Notes under the pieces: generated by a model
Told to the model about the DNA's origin: nothing
Database searches by the model: none
What the model saw: only the letters and a program-made list of their open reading frames with translations
Origin: Acanthaster planci
Lineage: Eukaryota
Length of the DNA: 63,655 nucleotides
Direction: 5' to 3'
NCBI RefSeq assembly: GCF_001949145.1
Contig: NW_019091360.1
Span: forward strand, 554,137-617,791
In this document: positions 1 to 10,907 of the stretch, in pieces
Numbering within the stretch: the first letter of the stretch is position 1
Layout of the letters: each line of letters opens with the position of its first letter
Translations under genes and position numbers: made by a program

Positions 1-159
1 GTAACACGCACCAGTCTGAACAATTAACTGCGGGAAGCTCGATGAGCAATGCTAAACTATAAGGTGATACGGGGCACCAGACAAGTTGCTGACTAAACTA
101 AGGAAGCTTGTAAAAGAAAAAGTGTCATGTAAAAAAAAAATTCAAATCTCCCTTCCACA
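1..159 (-). repeat. 3' LTR of the Gypsy element (partial)
   Basis: Near-identical to 5525-5681; starts with TG on the minus strand directly after the PPT-like tract. Confidence 0.8.
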
Positions 160-251
160 CTCGCCACCACTTAAAATCCTTGTTGTCCTCAACAAGGGAA
201 ACTTAAATACATGAAATGCACCATCTAACCTAAGTTATTACAGTATAATAC

Positions 252-3200
252 TTATTTCCACTCCCCAAAGCGCTGAGGTGGTCTTTGCCTTCGTGGAGGG
301 CGCCGTCTGGAGAGTACCTCCTCAAATGACAAGTCATTGTTCTCAGTGTCTGTACTGGAGCCAGGCTCTTCCAGCTGTAGTGTTACAGGACGTTTTCTTC
401 TAAGGAGTCTGGGTAGAGGTGGGTGCCTTCTGCTGTCATTAGTGTGACCACTTCCTTCCGACTCACTCTGACCTGGCAGTTCAGTTCTTGAGCTGTCACG
501 GGACTGACCATTCTCTGAACTGGCATCTGCAAAGGCTGGCTCTGCTGGCCTCAGCTGAGATTTAGCTTGCGACTCTTCAGAGTTTGAAGTTCCCGGTGCC
601 GATACTATGTCGAATGGGCAAAGCATGAGCATGTTGCGGTGAAGAGCCTATCCGTCGGACCACATAGACTGGGATGCCCTGCTGTTTCCTCACAACGATA
701 TAGGGGTCTGTTTCCCACCTGTCCTTCAGTTTGGCTTTCCCACGCTGAGACTTGTTAGCAACAAGGACCTTGTCACCAGCCTAAGACAGGAGGATGCAGT
801 CACTTGCCCGCTGATCATACGTGGCCTTCTGCTTCACCCTGGCTCTTTCAGCTGTTGTCTGGACTTCCCGGTAAACATCATGCATGTGCTGTCTGAGGCA
901 CTGGACATAGTGGGGGTAATCGGGGTCGGGCCTTTTCTCTGCCTCGTTGTCTTGTGTTGATGGGATGAGGATGTCTACGGGTAACTTGGGCCTCCATATG
1001 AACATCAGATAAAATGGGAAATACCCAGTAGACTCATGTTGGGTGCAGTTGTATGCATGGGTCAGGACGCCCACATGCATAGCCCAGTTGACCTTCTGCT
1101 CCAGATTGAGTGTCCCCAACATTGACATCAGCGTCCGGTTCCAACGTTCCGTCGTTCCATTCCCTAGAGGGGTGATATGGTTTGGTTCGGGGCCTCTTCA
1201 CCCCAAGCAGCTTACACAACTCCTTTATCACATCCGACTCAATGGACTTGCCCTGGTCAGAGTGCAGTCTCTCCAATCCCATAATTGACCACGAATTTCT
1301 CCCACAACACCTTGGCCACAGTCATCGCTTTTTCATCTTTGGTGGGGTATGCCTGGGCGTATCTGGAGTACTGATCGGTTATGACCAGAACATGTTCATT
1401 GCCACTCTTTGAGCTTTCTAGGCTCAAGAAGTCAATGCAGACTAGCTCTAGCGGGCGTGTAGTGCAGATACTTTCCAGTGTTGCCTGTTCTTTGGGTGTC
1501 TGGCGTCTTTCTGAGTGTGCACCGTCTGCACTTTTTGATGTAAGCATGGATGTCAGAATAGAGGCCAGGCCAGAAATACCTCTCCCTAGCTTGGTGTAGT
1601 GTCTTGTTGAGACCAAGATGCCCAATCGAGTCATGAAGGTGTCGTAGCACCTGTGATCGAAGGTCTACTGGTATGACAAGGAGGTACTGCCGGCCAGCTG
1701 CATCACCACCCGGACGATGAACAAGGAGCGTCTTACCTTCAATCGGTCCCAACTCCTCAGCAGCCAACGGACAGCCCTGGTTTCTTGTCCCAGTTGCCTT
1801 TTGCATGGTCTTCTTTCTCGTATACCCTTCAGGTATATAACCTTGGAGATGGCTTCATCTCTCAGCTGTGCTGAGAGGAGGTCAACACCCTGACCAAAGC
1901 TTGTACCTGGGATGAGGTTGTTGTAGGCAGTTGAAACTGATTCATCACCCGAAATACTGGGACCTTCTCCTGGCGACGTTACTTCTTGAGCGTGCACCTT
2001 TGCTGATACCTTCTCTCCCCCATTCTGTTCTTCACTTGCCAACTTATCCTCCGATCTGTCCATCCCCACTTCATTAGTACCAAGATGCAAGATACTTCAT
2101 CCCTGACAATTCGTGAGAGTGCATCTGCATTGCCATTGGTGTGACCAGGCCGGTAGATTATGTCCAACTTAAACTGAGACAAATCGCTAACCCATAGCTG
2201 ACCATGAGCATCCAGCTTGGCCGTCTTGAGAATGTAAGTGAGTGGCTTGTTGTCGGTGACTGCTGTGACATCTTGACCATAGAGGCAATCGTGGAACTTC
2301 ACCGTTATTGCCCAATGGAGAGCTCAGAACTCCAGCTTAAAGGCAGGATACTTGGCCTCTGACGGTGTAGGGGTGTGACTGGCGTATGCTATTGGCCGCT
2401 CTTGTCCATCTTGCACCTGTATAAGAACTGCCCTACACCCATCGGCCGAGGCATCTGTCTGGACAGTGAATGGGAGAGAATAGTTAGCATAGGCAAGGAC
2501 CGGGGTTGGAGTCATTTTCTGCTTCAGTAGTTCGAAAGCTTTCTGACACTCCTGACTCCAGGTGAATGGTGGATCCTTCGTTCCACGCCTGCCTCCTATC
2601 AGGTCAAAGTGGTCCCGCAATCGAGCATAATTGTGAATGAAATGCCGATAGTAGCCAGTGAACCCCAAGAAACTACGGACATCCTTCTTGGTCTTCGGCT
2701 TGGGCCAATCCACAACGGCAGACATCTTTTCAGGGTCGGTGGCAATACCATCTGCAGACACAACATGGCCAAGATAGCGAACTTGTGACTGGAAAAAATG
2801 GCATTTGGATGAGTTTAAGCTTCAAACCATGCTCACGCAGCCTCTCAAAAACCTTTGCAAGCCTCTCCCAGTGTTCATCTACAGTACTGCTGAATATGAT
2901 TATGTCATCAAGGTACAGAAGGAGCGAGTCGAAATTCATGTCCCCAAGGGCAACGGTCATCAGCCTTTGAAATGTTGCTAGGGCGTTTATCAGCCCAAAG
3001 GGCATTCTGGTAAACTCATACAGGCCCATGGGGGACGTGAAGGCCATCTTGGATAGATCCTTTTCAGCCACCTTGACTTGGAGGTACCTGGACGTCAGAT
3101 CCAGGCTCGTGAAGTATTTGGCTTTACCAAGGGCGTCTAAGGCATCTTCGACGCGAGGCAGTGGAAATGCATCCCACACTGTCTTGGCGTTCAGCTGGCG

Positions 3201-4132
3201 ATAATTGACACAGAGCCTGATTTTACCGTCCTTCTTTCATACGATTACAAGGGGGGGGTGTATAAGGGCTCTGACTCGGCTGTATCACTCCCGATATGCC
3301 TTCAGCTTATCTATATGCTGTCGGACTTCTTGGAATTGCCCTGGTGGGACCCTGCGGTATGGCAGCCTGAAGGGAATATTATCAATCGGGGTATTTCATG
3401 TTCTACCGTCTCAGTGTAGCCCAGGTCTTGATCATCTCAGAAAAAACATCCTTGTTTTTGGAGAGTAGCTGGAAAACCTGTTCTGCCTGCTTGTCTGTCA
3501 GGTTCTCATAGTTGACATCAATCTCTGGGACTTGGGGTTCCACCGTCGACTGGTTACATACAGCTGAGTGGGTGTTGCAGTTCGATTGGGTTTCTTTGTC
3601 TGCTTCAACTCTGCCAATTTCCTTGCCTACAGACAGGGTACCCAAGCAGGTATTTGGCCTCAAAATGAATTCACGTGGAGAGAGGTTGCATACTCAAACA
3701 GTGGTCATTCCCTTTTAACCTCCGAAAAAGTTCTACCAACGACCAGATTCTCCTCAAAGGTTGCATTGGCTGGCTCCACAAGTGTGTAGAAAGTCTTTCC
3801 ATGTGTTCATCTTGGGGCTTGTGTTGGCACATCTACCTCCGCACCGGGCTTTATCACCAACCTTCTCTTGCTGGCATACTTAAGTGGGCCAATTTCACCA
3901 TCCCTGTTTGCAAAGTCAGTCCCATCACTGTTGACACACTGGAAGGCATTAATCCAGGGGTCAGAACGTCGTCTGGTCCTGGCCATAAACCACCGGCCAT
4001 ATCTTTGATGCAGTCTATCACGTAAGGCCACGATGACATTGGTTCCCAAAAGAACAGGGGTGGATTGTCGAAAGTCTGTGGTAGGCACCACAAAGGCAGG
4101 CACATCACAGATTGTCTGACCCAAAACAACAA
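252..4132 (-). pseudogene. pol: Gypsy pol polyprotein, multiply frameshifted (protease region, reverse transcriptase, RNase H, integrase)
   Basis: RT: DAFPLPRVEDALD, LDLTS, RMPFGL, LLYLDDIII. RNase H: VQTDAS, PIAYAS, TDNKPL, YRPG..NGNADALSR. Integrase: HDSIGHLG/CRRC zinc motif, LVCIDF, LHSDQG, AYN..HESTGY.PF. These are split over many ORFs in different frames. Confidence 0.92.
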
Positions 4133-5524
4133 ANNNNNNNNNNNNNNNNNNNNNNNNNNNNNNNNNNNNNNNNNNNNNNNNNNNNNNNNNNNNNNNNNNN
4201 NNNNNNNNNNNNNNNNNNNNNNNNNNNNNNNNNNNNNNNNNNNNNNNNNNNNNNNNNNNNNNNNNNNNNNNNNNNNNNNNNNNNNNNNNNNNNNNNNNNN
4301 NNNNNNNNNNNNNNNNNNNNNNNNNNNNNNNNNNNNNNNNNNNNNNNNNNNNNNNNNNNNNNNNNNNNNNNNNNNNNNNNNNNNNNNNNNNNNNNNNNNN
4401 NNNNNNNNNNNNNNNNNNNNNNNNNNNNNNNNNNNNNNNNNNNNNNNNNNNNNNNNNNNNNNNNNNNNNNNNNNNNNNNNNNNNNNNNNNNNNNNNNNNN
4501 NNNNNNNNNNNNNNNNNNNNNNNNNNNNNNNNNNNNNNNNNNNNNNNNNNNNNNNNNNNNNNNNNNNNNNNNNNNNNNNNNNNNNNNNNNNNNNNNNNNN
4601 NNNNNNNNNNNNNNNNNNNNNNNNNNNNNNNNNNNNNNNNNNNNNNNNNNNNNNNNNNNNNNNNNNNNNNNNNNNNNNNNNNNNNNNNNNNNNNNNNNNN
4701 NNNNNNNNNNNNNNNNNNNNNNNNNNNNNNNNNNNNNNNNNNNNNNNNNNNNNNNNNNNNNNNNNNNNNNNNNNNNNNNNNNNNNNTCCTTATTCGGAAA
4801 AGATCTTTAGAAGTGAATGGAATCATCACATTGTCATTTGTCAAAAAACAGCTTTTGCATGTCCTGTGCAACCCATTTGATGGGCGACGCACGACGGGCG
4901 ACGCATGACGGCAGATATGGAATTCCATACTATAAACTACAGTGCAGACTGTGTGAGTCTAATCCTTTGTTCTGCACCACATGGTCTAAAGCTGAATTCC
5001 TTCACAGCTTTTACACATTAGAAATACAGTTAGTTAACTGTAACTGTTAGACCACTCTACATCTTAATTTAGTATCACAGTGCTAGGAATTCTAGTCAAG
5101 GAACACTTGTAAGAGCAGAGATAAATCTATTAATAGTATGGAGGATCATCTAATGGTGGGCTCTGAACATGACTTTCTTTATACAAGATTAAAAGAAAAT
5201 CACATTAGAATTACATTTTAGTCTGAATGACGAAGTAAAACTTCTAATGGTGTTTCCAAGACAAAACAAAGGGTGCGAAATGGAAGAAACTTACAGAAGA
5301 CTATGCCAAACAGCCGTGCTCCGTCACAACCTTCCCCGCATCAGAAACTTCAAAAGAACCTTTGCCAAAATTACAAACTAACTAGTTTGACACTAAAACT
5401 ACTGACTTACAATACAAATAGCAAATTACGGCAAACTCACCCCAGCTGCAACTGGTGACAAGAGCAGAAAAGTGCAAATGTGGGAAGGCTGAAGAGAGCT
5501 GTGAGTGGTAATGCTCACTCTTCA

Positions 5525-5681
5525 GTAACATGCACCAGTCTGAACAATTAACTGCAGGAAGCTCGATGAGCAATGCTAAACTATAAGGTGGTACGGGGTA
5601 CCAGACAAGTTGCTGACTAAACTAAGAAAGCTTGTAAAAGAAAAATTGTCATGTAAAAAACATTCAAATCTCCCTTCCACA
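5525..5681 (-). repeat. 5' LTR of the Gypsy element (part matching the 3' LTR; true LTR likely extends further left)
   Basis: Direct repeat of 1-159, ending ...CCCTTCCACA at 5681. Confidence 0.75.
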
Positions 5682-6135
5682 CACAGATACTGAAAGAGTG
5701 CTTAGCATGGTCTTCTCGTGAGAGAGATTTGTGAGAGATTTGATTAGTATTTACATGGAAGAGAGCTGATCACTGTAAACATCGACTACAAGCCGTTGGT
5801 GCCAATCTTCAAAAATCGATACATAAAGCTCTTAAAAGGCTCAAATGCATGCTTCTGAGGTTACAGAAGTATGACATGAGCGTACAGTACCTGCCGGGAA
5901 GCCAGATGTAAATAGTTGACACGCTGAGCAGAGCTCACCCACAGACCATCCACTAGATACACTTGTCAGAGTACCACATGCTTCAGCAGAAGCAGGAAGA
6001 GCGGCTCATGGCAACGGTTGAAATCATCAGCTATATCTTTGAATAAAGGATAGCACACAGCTGCAGATCTAGAAGTCCACGGAGACTGATCCGGTTCTAC
6101 AAATGTTAAAGTATGTAGTGCTTGAATGATGGCCA
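5682..6135 (+). pseudogene. Fragment of a second Gypsy pol (RNase H C-terminus and linker), interrupted by the first element
   Basis: Reads ...DYKPLVPIF..., MLLRLQKYDMSVQYLPGSQM*IVDTLSRA, the typical Gypsy RNase H end. It starts right at the LTR edge. Confidence 0.7.
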
Positions 6136-7952
6136 AAACAGACAACCTTTAACCTTTACATACAAAAGTTAACATTCAGATCTTTGGTCTTGAGCCACAC
6201 TGCAGATTAACAGGTGTATTCTCGGTAGATTTTCCTGCTGCAAGGTCTTCCTTCCGTAACAAGTTCCTGAACAAGGAACAAAAAGAGCCGATGATGTTGT
6301 ATGATTTAGCCCTGTCAATTTGGATGCTGAATATTTCAGTTTTTGTCTGGCCAATAGCAATGCTTTACCATGAATTACGTTTCAGTGTCAATACTGGGAC
6401 AACTAATTCAAAGTACTCTAGTTTGGAATTTTTTACAATATTTACAATTTATTTACCAAATTTAAGAGTTTTTTCTCCTCTAAAGTCTTTGTCTCAGATT
6501 ACTTCTTCCTAGACAAAAGTCCTTGTCTTACAAAGATGAAAAACTAAATGAATTCACTGTAAAAGAAAAATAAAAATTAAAAGAAAAAAAGATTATAAGG
6601 GCCTTTTCCCGTTCCCTTCTTGCCGTACAGGCTGAGTTCCAGAGTATGGTTGTTTCTTTCTTTAAGTTAAACGTTTTATCTTTGATCTCTGTTCTTTAAA
6701 GTTACATGTGCAAGATACAAAAGTTAACATTCTGATCTTTGGCCTTAAGTCACACTCCAGATTAACTGATGTATTCTCGGTAGATTTTCCTTCTGCAAGG
6801 GCTTCCTCCAGCCATTTGATGACTTGGGCCTACATCTGTGCCAGATGGTTTTCAGCGACTGCAGTCAACAAGTTTTTTCTATCTTTTGGACCTTGCGGAC
6901 ATCTAAATAATGTATAATAAAATTCAAACTTTCCAAAATATCTGTCTTGTGATCAATTTGATTACTAGAGCAACAGATACAGTAGATCATTATACTTTGG
7001 ATATATTCTCAAAATTGGCTCAATTGTTTAAAATCTGCTTGTTAGAGGAATGCATACGTTTGAAGACTTAGTGCATTTCAAACAATCTAAGGCTTGTTTC
7101 TCCTTAGAAATTTTGTACCAGGTAATTAGCTTGGGCTTGTAAACAAATTAAATCTTTTCGAAAAAGTTAAAACTTACGATTTTTCTTCAGGTGTTTCTTT
7201 CAGGTTGAGTCTTCCCTGCCACCAAACTCCCGACGAGTGTTAATGTAGTTTTGCCCAAAAGGTAAAACTTTGGCATGCCTGCCCTGACCACTTATGTCAA
7301 GCTTTTATCAGTTTAATGCATACGGCTCCAACACGAGATAATTGTGGTGTTTCTATCATATAGCCGGCACTTCGCCTGTGACAAAGCATTGCCATTGGCG
7401 AACCAAAAACAATTAAATAACAATTCGCTGTAACAGGAAAAAAAGGTCACGGGGCGTGCGCAAAAAAGCCAATCACAATGCAAAGCCATCAGCCCTTCCC
7501 GCAGCCCCAGCACCTTGGTGGGGGGCGCTGGGCGACGAGCGGAGGGTGCACTGCCTGCATCATTACAGCCTGATAAAATTGTAGCGCCGGCGGGTCCGGC
7601 CGGTGGGGGCGCCAGCTCGGACCCGCATGGAGTTGGCTGGCTGCCACGCTCGTTGCGTTGCGAACGGCCCGCTGTTTTCCCGCCTAGCGTCTGCGCAGTC
7701 CCTGCCGCCAGGCGCCATGTTGAGAGTAGAGCTTGTCGGAAGAGCACATTGCAGTGTACGCAATAGCAATAAAGCAGAGATTTTGTGACCAGAACAGTGA
7801 GTTGCACCTGAGTGTCGTTCTTCACAGCGTCGAACCCTGTTCAGCGGGACACGCTACATAATTTATCCTCGACTCCATGGGCTGCGAGCGCGTTCCTTCA
7901 CGAGCCCTGGCCGTATACGTAGGATTCGAAAATAACGCTGATTGGCTGTTCA

Positions 7953-8097
7953 AGTAGTTGAGAGCGGTACGCACAAGACCCACCCCACCTTCAATCATCG
8001 TCCCCCAGTTTAGCACAAAATACCAAAACTAAACCACGGCAAAATCGAAACCCTCCAAACCCCTGCGACCAACTTTTAAAAATTTTTATAAAGCCAT
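7953..8097 (+). repeat. Left terminal inverted repeat
   Basis: AGTAGTTGAGAGCGGTACGCAC...CCACCTTCAATCATCGTCCCC...AAAGCCAT is the reverse complement of 19170-19310, with scattered mismatches. Confidence 0.93.
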
Positions 8098-8152
8098 TCC
8101 ACCCTCGGTAATCCGAGAATATCTAAAACCATCTCGCTCTTATAAAACCCAC

Positions 8153-8246
8153 GTTTCGATTTTGCCGTGACTTAGTTTCTGATTACCGCGAAAAGGGACG
8201 ATGATTGAAGGTGGGGCGTGTCTATTGCGTAACGCTCTCAACTACT
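8153..8246 (-). repeat. Internal inverted copy of the terminal ~95 bp of the TIR
   Basis: GTTTCGATTTTGCCGTG...GGGACGATGATTGAAGGTGGGG...GCTCTCAACTACT is complementary to 7953-8051 and is a direct repeat of the element's right end. Confidence 0.88.
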
Positions 8247-8332
8247 AAGGTTACAAAAGAGACGATGCTTTTGGTCTGGAATTACCGAGTAAAAATGAGA
8301 CAAATCTATGCCAAAGCCGGAAAAATCAGAAC

Positions 8333-9082
8333 ATGTCAATCCAAGTATACATCGTTTCAGACGACCACGAGCATCTCAATGCCGACAACTGTGACCCCAA
8401 CGTCACCTATGGCCCTTTTGACCCGAGTAAATTAATCATTTCAAAACCCGTGATTAAAGAAGGCACCCATGTGAGTCAATGCAGTTCGCCCATTTTTACC
8501 ATCACAACGGCCAAAATAAATTGATTATGACGATAGAATCCTGTTACGGCATAAACCAGCTTTACAAATATGGCACTCGAGATAAAACGCCAGAAAATTT
8601 AGTGGGTCGGCAAATTTGCTATCAAATACAACAACCTACGACAAACATACTCGATCACATAAATTTGGCCGTTTATAGGTTTATCGAATCTCAAGAGTCT
8701 AATCTCCCGTCTAATATCGTAAACGCCTGCAAAGCCAGTCGTGATATCAATGAATTGAACAAGATCGAATATGAAGTTAAATCACCTTACACGGCTAAAA
8801 ACCAAATGTATGTTAAAAAAGATCCCTATGCCTCTCTATTTGATCACCAAAAAAAGACCCATCGACTCGTCAAATATCGATAAATTTATCAATAAGAGAT
8901 GCGACGCGCAATCATTTATTTGTCCAAAAGACATATACTACGGTACCCACGGTTTGTTGTCTTGCGGCGCCAGCGTTCGGTATAGAGTGACAGCAGCAAT
9001 GTTGAAAATTAGAAACGACGGACTAATTTCAAAGAATTCGGCGTTGCAAGCGTTTAGCATATCTGAATCTTCCGTGGAATAA
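8333..9082 (+). pseudogene. Candidate ssDNA-binding protein of large-DNA-virus type (DUF2738-like), two frameshifts
   Basis: ORFs 8333, 8479 and 8771 join into ~250 aa: FDPSKLIISKP...LIMTIESCYGI...LVGRQICY...IYYGTHG...GASVRYRV. From memory this resembles iridovirus-type DUF2738 proteins; not verified by search. Confidence 0.45.
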
Positions 9083-9142
9083 GAAGTCGATTCAATTACA
9101 AATGAATTGAATTTTAATTTCTTGTGTAATAAAAGTCGACTT

Positions 9143-9180
9143 AACCTCTGTTATTCTTCGGAATAACTGGGGTTGTTTTT
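9143..9180 (+). terminator. Stem-loop with a cTTCGg tetraloop and T-tract downstream of the first viral ORF
   Basis: AACCTCTGTTATTC-TTCG-GAATAACTGGGGTT followed by GTTTTT, in the intergenic gap. Confidence 0.45.
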
Positions 9181-9223
9181 ACGTCAGTCTTTCCTTAAAT
9201 AAATAAACAACATATAAATAACA

Positions 9224-9672
9224 ATGACATACGCAGAGATTTGCCACCTACTCGGTTACCAGAAAAAACGTGCGAACACGACATATTTGAAATAGGCGAA
9301 AGCTATGTATGCCGACATTGCGGTCTAATTTTTGAGTGGGTTCCTTCATACACCCCTGAAGAGATAGGATACAGATATTACTATCATCAAGTTTGGAAAA
9401 AACCCTCCACGAAAATCAGAGAAGATTTTGAGAGAAATAAACATTGAATTGCCCAGTGAACAATCGAGCATAGAATACGTGTTAAATCGAGTTTTAGATG
9501 GTAAGATATCTAGAGGTAGACCGTTGAAGGCTTTAATTGCGGTATGTTATCAAAAGGCAACCGGGGAGGACGATTTAAAAGTAAAGGATTTGTTTCAAGT
9601 TTCGGATAAGTATTGGAAAACGCCCTCGACAAATTAAACCTAGCCAAACAAGATTTTTCAAAACGTATATAA
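9224..9672 (+). pseudogene. TFIIB-like protein (Zn ribbon plus one cyclin-like repeat), frameshifted
   Basis: CEH-x9-VCRHCGL zinc ribbon followed by a helical region with ISRGRPLKALIAVCY (compare the TFIIB RGR...IAAACLY motif). Spread over ORFs 9241 and 9428. Confidence 0.65.
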
Positions 9673-9739
9673 TAGAATAGAGACTCACGCATTTTACTTG
9701 ACCAAAAGCGAGCAGGCGTTTATAAGGCAATAAATAAAT

Positions 9740-10243
9740 AAAAGTCAGAAAAGTAAGCTTTCTCCTCGGTTACTTTAACATTACAAAATCCACCGAAATC
9801 GAATGGCAAAGTCAAATGGAAGGAAGCCCCGCAAAAAGAGCTCCCGATGGAGTTAGACCAGCAATACAGGCTGACTCACTAATATGTTATTAACACGGAT
9901 ATTATAGAAGCACTTGAACTGATAGTACCGTTTTCAGATTTGCAGATGGATACTTTGGTTCTGTTTTACGACGTAATAAGAAACTACATTCGAGCTTACG
10001 AGGCGGGTACTTTAGAAGAATTCCGTGTCTCAATTAGTCAAAATAGGCCTTGAGAATCAAATCAGAACGTTAACAAATAAACGTCCGGGATCAGACAACA
10101 AGACAGAAAACGCGTTAATTTATTTAATACTTTTAACTCGAGGTCAAGTCGATACTTACAAAGAAGCTCGCCACATTGCTTTAGAATTTTTTCAAGAGCG
10201 ATTTTTAGGCGACGAAGGGGTTTTCCAACGTGGATTGGTTTGA
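9740..10243 (+). pseudogene. Unidentified viral ORF remnants
   Basis: Coding-like stretches (IIEALELIVPFSDLQMDTLVLFYDVIRNYIRAY; ORF 10025) between the TFIIB-like and penton-like genes. No motif recognised. Confidence 0.3.
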
Positions 10244-10887
10244 TTTTATCTTAACCGCCATTCCGGGTGTGAGTTTTAAAGTTCACGAAAAGTCAAATTT
10301 GGTAACGATAATGATAACTGATTCAAATCTCAGATTAAAGTTGGGTAAAGAGGTCGGCAAACTTTTAAATCTGCCAAGAGGTAGACTCGTGCCAAACGTG
10401 ATTTATAAGGGGAAGATAGATATAAATCCTTTTGACAAGCTTTGGATACACTGCCGAGAAATAAACGACAATTTTAACGACCTTAGTACGCGTTGTGTAC
10501 CGCGCCAGACTTGAGCAAAAGCGTTAAAGGGTGACTTTGTCTATTACCAACCACAGCCTTAAGTTGCGGCTAAATAAGCAACTGGCTAACTTATTAGATC
10601 TGCCAAAGGTTAAACGTTTACCCCTTGTCATTTATGAAGGCAAGTGTGATTTAAACCCCTAGAAATTTGTGTTTGTACATTGCGCCCAGTTGAATACCGG
10701 TATCAATTTTTATAACGGCAAATCTTCGGATATGTTGAGCGTTTTCGATGCCAATCATAAAGATAAAACGCCCAAAAGTTTAAGTGACAGAAACATCAGT
10801 GAATTGACCTTTTCTTTAAAAGACAAGGGAGGAGAACTAGTAGACAACAAAGGCGCTGAAATTTTAATCGGGCTAGACATTTTTTAA
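10200..10887 (+). pseudogene. Minor capsid protein (penton-like single jelly roll), disrupted
   Basis: FVHCAQL...NFYNGKSSDML...ISELTFSLKDKGGELVDNKGAEILIGLDIF* matches the typical C-terminal strands of Polinton/PLV minor capsid proteins. Confidence 0.65.
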
Positions 10888-10907
10888 AACGCGTATATAA
10901 TAAAAAG

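Larger units (their letters stand above)
1..5681 (-). mobile_element. Ty3/Gypsy LTR retrotransposon, degenerate (3' LTR cut by the window start; gag region falls in or near the N gap)
   Basis: Bases 1-159 recur at ~5525-5681 (LTR pair; both begin TGTGGAAGGGAG on the minus strand). A purine-rich tract (GGATTTTAAGTGGTGGCGAG, minus) abuts the 3' LTR at 160-180. Internal pol order is PR-RT-RH-IN, as in Gypsy. Confidence 0.9.

Noticed and set aside
3807..4928. Long ORFs of 232-373 aa
   Set aside because: They read through the N gap; only the part below 4132 is real (Gypsy pol). The same applies to ORFs spanning the gaps at 35684-35803 and 59816-60063.
7313..7825. GC-rich 170-aa ORF and overlapping ORFs next to the viral TIR
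   Set aside because: They lie outside the TSD, show no recognisable motif, and are open in several frames as expected for GC-rich DNA.
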